This document shows positions 9,001 through 18,473 of a stretch of 32,000 bases of DNA, one piece after another. How positions within the stretch are numbered: the first letter of the stretch is position 1; every line of letters begins with the position of its first letter. Under the pieces are notes generated by a model. That model worked only from the letters and a program-made list of their open reading frames with translations. It was not told where the DNA came from and searched no databases. The stretch is taken from NCBI GenBank assembly GCA_965221815.1, contig OZ244915.1:694119-726118 (forward strand), read 5' to 3'. A program made the position numbers and the translations under genes. Origin of the DNA: Paracoccaceae bacterium (GTDB taxonomy: Bacteria > Pseudomonadota > Alphaproteobacteria > Rhodobacterales > Rhodobacteraceae).

Positions 9001-9064
9001 GGATTGTGGTTCTCGTCTGGCGGATTTGTGAATTTTCAACCTGTTGAAAATGCGTGGTTTTCGG
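9001..9064 (+). mobile_element. IS-A-like left terminal fragment, 68 bp upstream of the RND start codon
   Basis: gtggttctcgtctggcggatttgtgaattttcaacctgttgaaaatgcgtggtttt matches the IS-A left end at 15131-15190, including the subterminal palindrome ttttcaac-ct-gttgaaaa. Homology stops at ~9064, where IS110-type DNA begins. Confidence 0.75.
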
Positions 9065-9243
9065 GTTATGCTCGAATCTGGGTGACGGCCAGATCAGCAT
9101 CCCTGTCTGGAGTCCAGTCATTTTTGGGGTCATTCCCCAGCGTTATTCATGTTTTTCCCCACTGTTTCCCCACGTCGGGCACATGGAGCCTGATCCGCTT
9201 CAGCCACGGCTGGCGGGAGTCCGGGATCGGGTCTGTGCGGGGG

Positions 9244-10130
<887 letters not shown>

Positions 10131-10369
10131 TGATGATCCTCGGATCTGACATCCAAGGCGGTGTCGGTCCCACACGCCCGGTGGGACTGTCATCCCGCAC
10201 CCCCGCAGCTGATCAACCGCGGGGGTTCCGCTTTTGGAAGCGTGCAAAAGACGCGGGGCTGCGCAAGCCGAAGGCCACAGAATTCCTGCGTGATCCACAG
10301 GATTTTTGCACCCAACCACCACCTCCTCTTTTGTATTGATTCCTGATTCGAAGACATATGAGGCGGGGT

Positions 10370-10719
10370 CCTGAAACTGTCTGATTCCGTCCTGGAATTC
10401 AACGCCTTTGATGACGGCGGCGAGATGCTCTGGCCCGGACAGGCGGTGCCACTTTGATTTGGCGGGCATCATCAGCTTATCCACCATGACCCGTGTGGTC
10501 TTTCGGCTTAGACAACCGCGTGTCTTCCGGGTGCGGTTCCGCACTGTCGCAAAGACACTCTCCACGGGATTGGTGGTCCGGATATGTTTCCAAAGCTCCG
10601 CCGGGAAGTCGGTAAAGGCGAACAGTTCGTCCTTGTCCGGGGTCAACTGACCGACGGCCTTGCTGTCTTTGAGCCCATCAGACGTCACAAACACATCAAA
10701 CGCGGTCGCGGTCTGGGTC
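10370..10719 (-). pseudogene. IS256-family transposase, C-terminal part (upstream part at 12365-12475, across nested Tn5-like copy 2)
   Basis: TATAFDVFVTSDGLKDSKAVGQL...LFAFTDFPAELWKHIRTTNPVESVFATVRNRTRKTRGCLS...KWHRLSGPEHLAAVIKGVEFQDGIRQ. Confidence 0.8.
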
Positions 10720-12355
10720 CTTGCAACGGTTCACACTTGTATAGGGGATTTCATTCCAGTTGTTTTTCGCCGATGGCATCACGCACCTGGATTCCCCAGT
10801 TGAGTCGTTCGAGTCCCTGCCAGACCTTTTTCACTCCGGGTCGTGGCTGGCGTTTCGTCGGGTGGGCACCGACGAGGCGTCCGAGGTTGATGACGAAGCT
10901 CTGGATCGTGGGGATCTCGCCCCTCTCCATCCTTTCGACGCCCCTGTGGCCCTGGGCCTCCAGCAGGGTGTGGAGCAGGAGCCTGACGTCCCTTTCGGGG
11001 CAGATATCGGTCGCCGGGGTCTCTGGACGTTCCCGCGCGCGCATGGTGATGTCGGCGACATGGCAGGCGGTGACGGCGTCGAAGGCCAGGCATTTGCGCA
11101 GGTCGTCGGCGGCGTCGAGTCTGCGGTCCGTGATGCGGGTGCCGGACTTGAGGGTTTTGAACCAGGTTTCGATTATCCATCTTGTCCTGTACCAGTCCAG
11201 CACGGTGGTGGCGTGGACGGCGTCGGTTTCCCCCTGTGCCGGGCGTGCGGTCGTGAGCAGCAGCCAGTGCAGTGGCTCCGTGCCGTCGGGGGCGTCGGTC
11301 TCGGTGGCGGAGACGGCGCGCATCGTCAGCGGTTTCGTGCGCTTCCTTTCCTCCTGCGGCGGCAGGAGCGTGACCTCCGCGACCCGGATTTCCAGGCGGG
11401 CGGTGCGCGCCTTTCGGGCCCGCGGGCCTCCGGCGGCCGGGATGACCAGTTCCGACACCGCGATGGCGGGCCGGGCCGCGACGTGCGGCTCCAGAATGTG
11501 ATCCATGGACACTCCCGGGTTCGACAACAGCCGGTACGCGACCGTTTTGGCCGCCGCCACCGGGAAGATGACCGGCAGCTCCTCCCCCATATTCTCCAGC
11601 CAGGCGCGCCCCATGTCAACGATCCGGCGGCGGATCCGCCCGTCGGTGTGGCCGGATCGTCCGGACTCACGCGCGGCCCAGTCGATGTCCATGCCGTCAT
11701 AGGCGCCCGCCAGCGCGCCGACCGGGCGCCGCTCCACGTGGCGCAGCACCGCCCGCCAGCGCGCCGACCGGGCGCCGCTCCACGTGGCGCAGCACCGCGC
11801 GCCAGCCGTCCTCCAGTGCCAGCACCCGCACCGTTCCCGCCGCGGACCGGCGCCCGCTGCCACGCCCGGCGCAGCTCCAGCCCGCGCGGTGGTAGCAGTA
11901 TCCGTTGTGCTCCGGGCCGACATGGGTGTCGGCCGCCACGGGACGAACCAGATACCGGGCCTCCCAATCGTCCGCCACCCGCGCCACCGCCATGTGCAGG
12001 ACCGCCGACGCCAGGCCGTCCACCCGGACGCCGCCGAGCAGGAGGAACCGGTGGTTGCAGATGACGCGCCCGATGTTGGCGGCGCGGGCCCCGGCGGACC
12101 AGCCAATCCAGGCGTCCCGTGCCGCCAGCCTCCAGGCCGCTGAGCCAAAGCCGATACCGCCAAGGACGCCGTGGTGCTCCGCACGGATCCAGTCGCGCAC
12201 CTGCCCGCGGCCCAACGCGTGCCGACTCAGACCGCCGGAGCGAAGCGCCCCGGCCAACCAGTCAAGCGTCTGCGAATCGAAATGGCGAAGACCAACCTGC
12301 ATAACCCGCCATATAAACCAACCGAATCACCGATATAAGTATGAAATGTTGCAAG
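10720..12355 (-). mobile_element. Tn5/IS50-like IS4-family element, copy 2: a DUF4338::transposase fusion with an internal deletion, flanked by a perfect 9-bp target duplication
   Basis: The left end is cttgcaacggttcacacttgtatagg (10720-). The reverse complement of the right end is cttgcaacatttcatacttatatcgg (-12355). The TSD gtctgggtc occurs at 10711-10719 and 12356-12364. ORF 11697..12302 is the DUF4338 module (RVICNHRFLLLGGVRVDGLASAVLHMAVARVADDW). ORF 10751..12184 holds the Tn5-like N-terminus (DIDWAARE...GRIRRRIV...AYRLLSNPGVSMDHILEPH) and C-terminus (WYRTRWIIETWFKTLK...GRLVGAHPTKRQPRPG). The region carrying the first two catalytic D residues is missing. Confidence 0.85.
11705..11796. repeat. 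Perfect 46-bp tandem duplication (2 units) inside Tn5-like copy 2
   Basis: gcccgccagcgcgccgaccgggcgccgctccacgtggcgcagcacc occurs at 11705-11750 and again at 11751-11796. It encodes WRAVLRHVERRPVGALAG twice. 46 is not divisible by 3, so it shifts the frame between ORF 11697..12302 and ORF 10751..12184. Confidence 0.9.
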
Positions 12356-12364
12356 GTCTGGGTC

Positions 12365-12475
12365 TCCGCCATCCCGATGTCTTGCCGATCCGATTTGGCC
12401 TTGTCATGCCGTGACTTGGGAAGAGCATGGGTGACGTGGGCTGTCTTGTGGACCCAGCCGCGCGGCTCCCGGGTG
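12365..12475 (-). pseudogene. IS256-family transposase, upstream fragment of the copy at 10370-10719
   Basis: The reverse-strand translation is WVHKTAHVTHALPKSRHDKAKSDRQDIGMAETQ. After removal of 10720-12355 and one TSD copy, it joins in frame to TATAFDVFVTSDG. Confidence 0.75.
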
Positions 12476-12526
12476 GTGGGGCAGACATCCCGCAGGGCTG
12501 CCCAGACACCCGGGGCCCCGTCGTCG

Positions 12527-12740
12527 GTGGCCAGGGTGGTTTCACTTTCCGGGCCCGGCTCACATCAGGGCGCTTTGACAACGTCTGGGCCCAACGGACC
12601 CACAGGCGGCGACATGCCAGCGCCTGTCCCGCCGCGGCCAACGACAATCGCACGCCTCTTGCCAGGGCCGCCTGATTCGCCGAATGAAACCGATCAGGAA
12701 TCAACCAGGGTCCAAACCCAGCCATAGGGGAATCACTCCC
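12527..12740 (+). mobile_element. IS-A right-end fragment (transposase tail + right terminus), 91 bp upstream of and co-oriented with the SMT gene
   Basis: Homologous to 18325-18538. It ends with ...gggtccaaacccagccataggggaatcactccc (12740). Confidence 0.8.
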
Positions 12741-12830
12741 GAGCAGGTACACAAACTTGATCGCCGCGACCGGGTGCGGTAAGATCCGTGGATTGCAGTG
12801 CCCCAATGACGTGGCGTCTGCTAAAACCTT

Positions 12831-13883
12831 ATGGCAGTATGGATTTCTAAGAATATGTTCCGCCTCATTTCCAAAAATGACAACCGCTCGCTTGAACAAC
12901 TTTCCCAGGCTGAAGTAAAATCTGTAGCCGACGAATACCAAGCGATTTATGATGTTGGCGAGGATGAAAGAAAAAAACAGTACAGTTCATTCATAAATCA
13001 TTATTACGATCTGGCGACTGATTTTTACGAATTCGGATGGGGTCGGTGCTTTCACTTCGCTCCCCGCCACCGGAACGAAAGCTTCAAGGATTCCCTGATC
13101 AGGCACCAACATTTTCTTGCTGATCAGCTGGCACTTGAACCGGGAATGCAGGTGCTTGATCTCGGTTGCGGTGTCGGTGGGCCGTTGAGCAATATCGCTC
13201 ACTATTCGGGTGTCAACATAGTCGGTCTTAACAATAACGCCTATCAAATCGAGCGTGCCAAGCTGCATACTAAGGACGTCAGTACCCAATGTCGCTTCAT
13301 CAAGGCCGATTATATGCAGATTCCCGAAAAAGACGATTGCTTCAACGCTGTCTATGCCATCGAAGCGACCCCTCACGCACCGGATCGAACAAGACTTTAC
13401 CGGGAAATTTTACGGGTCTTGCGTCCGGGCGCGCGTTTCGCCAGCTACGAGTGGTGCCTGACCGATAAGTTTGATGCAGTCAACACTAGGCATCAGCGAA
13501 TCGTAGACGATATAATGAGAGGTAACGCACTTCCTGATATTCCGAGCACGTCGGAAATTGACGCCGCTTTGCAATCAGCCGGATTCGAACTTCTGGATAC
13601 GCAAGACCGAGCCGAAGAGGCAGATCGGCAAACTCCTTGGTATCGCCCATTGCAGGGGCGTGACTTTTCTCTTTCCAGTATTCCGCGCACACCATGGGGT
13701 CGCGCTCTGGTAAACTTGACTTTGCGGGCAGGGGAAGCCGTGCAGGTGTTTCCAAAAGGGTCTCGTGCGGTCAGTACGTTTCTCAACAGGGGGGCAGACG
13801 CACTGGTCGAAGGGGGCAAATCAGGGATTTTTACGCCTATGTATTTCGTGTTGGCCCGTAAACCTTTGAATTCGGGCGATTAA
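12831..13883 (+). CDS. Sterol C-24 methyltransferase (ERG6/SMT-family) homologue, SAM-dependent
   Basis: A 350-aa ORF that is collinear with yeast ERG6 as I recall it. It shows DFYEFGWGRCFHF (SMT region I), LDLGCGVGGP (SAM-binding), YAIEATPHAP (region III), ASYEWCLTDKFD (region IV), IPWY-like TPWYRPL and the C-terminal GGKSGIFTPMYFVLARKP. Confidence 0.92.
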   Translation: MAVWISKNMFRLISKNDNRSLEQLSQAEVKSVADEYQAIYDVGEDERKKQYSSFINHYYDLATDFYEFGWGRCFHFAPRHRNESFKDSLIRHQHFLADQLALEPGMQVLDLGCGVGGPLSNIAHYSGVNIVGLNNNAYQIERAKLHTKDVSTQCRFIKADYMQIPEKDDCFNAVYAIEATPHAPDRTRLYREILRVLRPGARFASYEWCLTDKFDAVNTRHQRIVDDIMRGNALPDIPSTSEIDAALQSAGFELLDTQDRAEEADRQTPWYRPLQGRDFSLSSIPRTPWGRALVNLTLRAGEAVQVFPKGSRAVSTFLNRGADALVEGGKSGIFTPMYFVLARKPLNSGD

Positions 13884-14042
13884 GGGAGCGCTACAAAATA
13901 TATGCTCTGCCTGTCACCATATGCCGGAGTGCCTTAAGCATTGGGGCTTATATACTTGAGCCTCTTGCACAATTATCGCGGTTCCGGCGGCCGTGGTCGG
14001 TCATCCGCTTTGGCCGGCCTGCCGGAGCCGGAACCGGCGGCG

Positions 14043-15164
14043 TCAGATCGTGAGCCGCATCAGCCAGTGGACAGTCAGGGCCAGCACGCCGAAGAACAGG
14101 TGGCAGGCGACCTTGAGGTTCCCCCGCACCCGGACATGGCGTCCTCCGTAGGAATCCTTCAGGGCGGAGTTCACCCTCTCGACGTTCGACCGCTGCCTGT
14201 AGCGCACGCGGTCGTGGCGGACCTGGCCCGCCCGGCGCTGGGCGAGCGCCTCCCTCGCGAGGCCCGCCTTCAGCGCCGCGTCCCGGCGGGGGTTGGCGTC
14301 GATGATCGCCACCCGTCCCGCCAGTTGGGCGTGGACGCCGATCTCCCGCGAGTCGTCGGCGGCGTCCATCAGCTCGTAGCAGTGGTCGATCCGCTCGGCA
14401 GTCATCGTCGCCAGCGGGATCGCCGCCTGGCTGTCGTGCCGCGACGCCGAGGTGAGGATACAGCTCACCGGGATGTCCCCGTCGGCGGCGTCTCTATGCA
14501 TTTTGTAGCCACGCCAGCTCTCCCTGGACCCCTTCGCGTTGCGCTTCGTGCCCACGTCGCAGGCCTTCGGCAGCGCGGCCACCATCTCCGCCGTGGACAG
14601 GCCGCCCCGGAGCTGCCGTTCCAGACGGGTGGGCTCCCTGACCAGCCGCTCGCCTTTCCTCGGGCGGCCCCGCCTCCGCTTCCGCTCCGCCTCCGGCTTC
14701 GGCGCGGGCCTCTCCCGTCCCACGATCGCCGTCGAATCCCGGGATACGTGGCCGACGACCGAGCCGTCATAGGCGGCCCTCACCAGCGCCCCGTGCATCC
14801 GCTCGGGGAGCCGGGTCTCCGCGAACCCCGCGAAGGCGCGGGAGAACGTCGACTCGCTCGGCACCTCCGACACGCGGCACCAGCCGCAAAGCCGCCTCAG
14901 CGTCGGGTCGTAAAGCCGCCTGTCGATCAGGGCCCGCGTGGTCGAGAGGTCCCAGACCGCCTTGGCCACGAACGCGCGCGCCCGGGCATTCCGGTCGGCG
15001 GGAGGGGGCCCGACGCCGCGGTGGTCGTAAGGGAGATGCCGCTCCACAGGGGCCAGGTCCAGCACCGCCACGAACCTGCGGTGCGTCTCCCCCAGCGGAC
15101 CCACCTCCTCGGCCAGGAACAGGAAAGGGAGTGGTTCTCGTCTGGCGGACTCGTAAATTTTCAA
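14043..15164 (-). CDS. IS5/IS1182-type transposase (DUF772 N-domain + DDE_Tnp_1), true 5' end removed by the IS-A insertion at 15127
   Basis: A 373-aa ORF containing NARARAFVAKAVWDL...TLRRLCGW...PSESTFSRAF, GRPRKGE, D-rich catalytic blocks and the C-terminal YRQRSNVERVNSALKDSYG...VRGNLKVACHLFFGVLALT. The first 13 codons (MKIYESARREPLP) are encoded by the IS-A terminal repeat, so the annotated start is artificial. Confidence 0.75.
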   Translation of the reverse strand: MKIYESARREPLPFLFLAEEVGPLGETHRRFVAVLDLAPVERHLPYDHRGVGPPPADRNARARAFVAKAVWDLSTTRALIDRRLYDPTLRRLCGWCRVSEVPSESTFSRAFAGFAETRLPERMHGALVRAAYDGSVVGHVSRDSTAIVGRERPAPKPEAERKRRRGRPRKGERLVREPTRLERQLRGGLSTAEMVAALPKACDVGTKRNAKGSRESWRGYKMHRDAADGDIPVSCILTSASRHDSQAAIPLATMTAERIDHCYELMDAADDSREIGVHAQLAGRVAIIDANPRRDAALKAGLAREALAQRRAGQVRHDRVRYRQRSNVERVNSALKDSYGGRHVRVRGNLKVACHLFFGVLALTVHWLMRLTI

Positions 15165-15259
15165 CCTGTTGAAAACGCGTGGTTTTTTGAATCCTGATGG
15201 TGTGCGTTTGGGTGGTTTGGCGGAATTTTTGGAAATATCCCGGAATTTGACCTGATCGG

Positions 15260-16995
15260 CGGGTGCGGCTCAGATTTGTGGCTCATGCTGCAGCGCGCCA
15301 GTGGAAGAAGTCGGCGCCCCGGTTGTTCATCTGGCAGCACCGGATAGCCATGATTGCGTTGGCGCCGTCAACGGACCAGCGGCTGCCGCTTTTTTTGAGT
15401 CGATCGACTACAACGGTCCGGCAGCCGCCTTCGACGAGGCCGCTGCCGCAGGGGAGACCCTGCCGTGTATAGACATCGTAGCGCATGCGGTGCAGGTTGG
15501 GTCTGCAATAATTCACGAACGCCCTGATCGCGGGTGAGCTCTTGGCCAGTGTGGCAAGCGCCGCAAGGACCCGGGCTGCCTCACCGGCCTTGATCCGGGC
15601 CTTGATCCGGTCGAAAGTGGTCTGACGACGCACGGGGTCTTCCAACGTCTCCTTCAGGGCCTCCTGAAGCCTTTCCAGGACATGGAACAGATCGAGCACG
15701 AAGGTCAGGTGCATGCCGGCGAAGACCGTGCGCATCGTCTTTTCGATCCAGGCGGCGCCATCGGACAGGATCACCGCCTCCGCGCTGTCCAGCACACCGC
15801 GCCGCTGCGCCTCCCGCCTCACGCGGGCGGCAAACTCGGACATCCCACCGGTGGTGGGAGCCCGGGCGCTGTCGATCACTGATGATTGGGTGATACTCCC
15901 GGCAACGGCCTTGATCCGGCCCTTGGGGTCAGGCGCCACTTCACAGATGCGCAGCAGCTTGGCTTCGCGCGTCCGGGCTGTGCCATCCGCCTGTTTGCCG
16001 GCGCGCCCGGCAAGTTCGGCAGGCCGGATCGGCACGCCGGTCCCGTCAGCCGCCACCACCGGCCGGGTGGGAATCACCGCCGCCGGGGGGACATCCCTGC
16101 GCTCAAACGCGACCACTTCCCTGCCCAGCGCGCGGGCCAGCCTGTCAAACCGGGACCGGCTGACCCGGGTCCCGCTCAGCTCTTCAAGGAGCGTCACGGC
16201 GCGGCGACTGCCGACCTCCGCAGCGGCGGCCATGACCATCCGCTCGTAGCCCGATGTTGTTGTCCGCCCCTCAAGACGCAACGCGGCGTCCAGCGGGAAG
16301 AGGCCGGTGCGACAGGCCGAACAGCGGTAATGCCGCCGCGCCACCGTCACCTTGCCCAGGCGGGTCATATAGGTCTTGGGACGTTTGTCTCCCCAGCGCG
16401 CCATACGGCCCCCGCAATGGGGGCAGTGCGGGGGATCAAGGGCGTCATCCCGGGCTTCAAGCAGCAGTCGCAATTGGGCCGCTGCCGCGACCAGCGCATC
16501 ACCGCGCAGGGCGGTCTCGACGGCATCCAGATCAACCACTGTCGCGGCCAGTTCCTTCTCGAGCCGTGGCAGGAGATCAGGGGACCGCGCCGCGGACCCC
16601 TCATGCCCTGGCAACTCCGTCGTCGCCAGGCGGCGGCAGATCACCGTTCCATCGAAAATCCGGTATTCGAGGAAACCGTCCCCATCCTGGCGGATCAGCG
16701 GTCGGTTCAGCGCGGCCTCCGCGGCCGACAGACTCCGCAAATACGCGACCACCTCTGGATGCCTGAACTCCTGCTTTTTGTCCCGCTCTTTATCTTGAAC
16801 TGCCATCTGCCTGTGTCTCCTGACTGCCCTGTCGCCAAACCCAACCGGAGCCGTGATGCCGACTCTCCGTGTTCCTGTGGGCGGAAATGGACATAGATCG
16901 ATACAGAGACCGATACAAACCCGCTCCGACGGGCGCTGTCCGGATGTCAGGAAAAAGATCAGTCAGAGCGTGTCCCACAAATCTGAGCCGCACCC
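15260..16995 (-). mobile_element. ISKra4-family element IS-B, apparently intact, inserted into the 5' leader of IS-A
   Basis: The perfect 21-bp terminal inverted repeats are gggtgcggctcagatttgtgg (15261-15281) and ccacaaatctgagccgcaccc (16975-16995). The 8-bp direct repeat ctgatcgg occurs at 15252-15259 and 16996-17003. The uninterrupted target (gaatttgacccgatcggggtg) is visible in IS-A copy 3 at ~22631-22651, in reverse complement. Confidence 0.9.
15283..16806 (-). CDS. ISKra4-family transposase (only intact transposase ORF in the window)
   Basis: A 507-aa uninterrupted ORF. It has a Zn-ribbon-like CPHCGG...YRCSAC, the DDE-region blocks VAADGTGVP and VILSDGAAWI, and the C-terminal GLPCGSGLVEGGCRTVVVDRLKKSGSRWSVDGANAIMAIRC. 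Confidence 0.88.
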   Translation of the reverse strand: MAVQDKERDKKQEFRHPEVVAYLRSLSAAEAALNRPLIRQDGDGFLEYRIFDGTVICRRLATTELPGHEGSAARSPDLLPRLEKELAATVVDLDAVETALRGDALVAAAAQLRLLLEARDDALDPPHCPHCGGRMARWGDKRPKTYMTRLGKVTVARRHYRCSACRTGLFPLDAALRLEGRTTTSGYERMVMAAAAEVGSRRAVTLLEELSGTRVSRSRFDRLARALGREVVAFERRDVPPAAVIPTRPVVAADGTGVPIRPAELAGRAGKQADGTARTREAKLLRICEVAPDPKGRIKAVAGSITQSSVIDSARAPTTGGMSEFAARVRREAQRRGVLDSAEAVILSDGAAWIEKTMRTVFAGMHLTFVLDLFHVLERLQEALKETLEDPVRRQTTFDRIKARIKAGEAARVLAALATLAKSSPAIRAFVNYCRPNLHRMRYDVYTRQGLPCGSGLVEGGCRTVVVDRLKKSGSRWSVDGANAIMAIRCCQMNNRGADFFHWRAAA

Positions 16996-17121
16996 CTGAT
17001 CGGGGTGGAGTCGTTGGGTGTGTCTGCCGGATCAGGTCGCGTGTTCCCGAATGAAAACCCTCCATCATGGAGACCTCTGAGACGGAACACGCGGATGACC
17101 GATTGACACTCTGAAAAGACT

Positions 17122-18473
17122 TTTGCCAAGACCGATACGGACAGGGCGCAGGTGCGGCAGCGGATCGCGGACACCCTGCAGGCCGCGGCGACGCAGTTGC
17201 AGGATACGGGGCTCAAAGAGGATCTGGCCCGCGGGCTGTGGGGTCAGGCCTTTGCGGCGCGCGATGATCATGGGGACCGGTTGCAGATTGATGGGAAAAG
17301 TCCTCGCCAGGTGGCGGCCTCACCGGGTCAGGCGACGACCCTGTTCGGCACGGTGACCTTTCCGCGGGCACGGTCTCGCCCGTCCGGTGCGGGACCCTCC
17401 GGGGTGCCGACAGAGCCGATTCGGGGCCTGACCACGGGTGGGGACGGGCGCGGCGGCTGGTCTTGTGGCGGCGATCATGGCCAGCCGGCCGGCACGGGAT
17501 GCCGCGGATCTCTGGCAGCGGATCTGTGAGGCGGGTCCCGCAACGCGCAGTTTGATCCGGCTGACGGCCGAGGTGGGGCAGGAGTTTGAGGATCAGGCCG
17601 ATGATCGGCTGGAAGAGGTACGGGGCGATGAGAGCCGGCATGATGATGCAGTGGCCCTGCGGGTCTCGCGGGATGGCACGATGCTGCGGATGCCTGCGGA
17701 AGAGCGGGATGGACAGGCCATGGAACCGGGCTGGCGTGAGGCCACCTGCGGCGTTGTGGCCCAACAGGGCAGCGCGGGGACGATGCTGACACAGCGCACT
17801 TTTGCGCGGCGTCCCGAACCCGACCGGACCGGTCTGAAACGCCAGATCAGCCAGGAGGTGTGGCACGGAATACAGCCGGCGGCGGCGCAGGGTCGAGAGT
17901 TGAAGAGTGTCGCTATCGCCGATGGGGCCCGGGACAACGGGACGTGTCTGGAGAGTGTGACCCCGGACATCCGGCTCATCGCTGTCGGGCAGGCCGGCCA
18001 AGTCTCTCAAGGCCGCGGCCGATGCCGCTGACGGGGCCGAAAGTGCCAAGGGCACGGCGGGGTTCGACACACACAAGGCCCTCCTGACAGATGATCCCCA
18101 TTGCGTGGGCCCGGTGATCGATGCGTTGTGTGATCTCCGGCGAAAGAACCCAGGAAACAGTGAGATTACCACCGCCATCGGCACTGTCCGCAGCCCCCGC
18201 CAGCGGAGGCGTGATCGGGAGGCCGGCGATGCCGGCTCTCCCATCGGCAGCGATCCCAAGGAGGCGGCACACACAATGATCGTCACCACCCGGCTCAAGC
18301 GCAGCGGCCAGAGATGGGGTCGTGCCGGTGGCCAGGGTGGTCTCACTGCCCGGGCCCGGCTCACATCAGAGCGCTTTGACAACGTCTGGGCCCAACGGAC
18401 CCACAGGCGGCGACACGCCCAGGTCCACCTCTCGGCCAACGACAATCGCACGCCACTTGCCAGGGTCGCCTGA
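17122..18473 (+). pseudogene. IS-A transposase (ISKra4-like), start codon lost and multiple frameshifts
   Basis: Pieces lie in three frames (ORFs 17152..17529, 17438..18031, 18105..18473). The tail reads AAHTMIVTTRLKRSGQRWGRAGGQGGLTARARLTSERFDNVW. The GTG start seen in copy 3 is TTT here. Confidence 0.8.

Noticed and set aside
10131-10369. Read-through tail of ORF 10083..10694 beyond the IS256 homology, as a possible novel C-terminal domain.
   Set aside because: Homology to the other IS256 copy stops at ...GIRQ. The remainder has no motifs. It is most simply the IS256 3' non-coding end and/or the IS110 5' leader read through after loss of the stop codon.
11705-11796. The 46-bp direct repeats as a CRISPR array or minisatellite.
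   Set aside because: There are only two units with no spacer between them. They lie inside a transposase reading frame. It is a simple tandem duplication.
13561-13585. A tRNA T-arm-like string (ggattcgaac) suggesting a tRNA gene on the minus strand.
   Set aside because: It lies inside the well-supported SMT coding frame (SAGFELLD). No acceptor or anticodon stems can be built around it.
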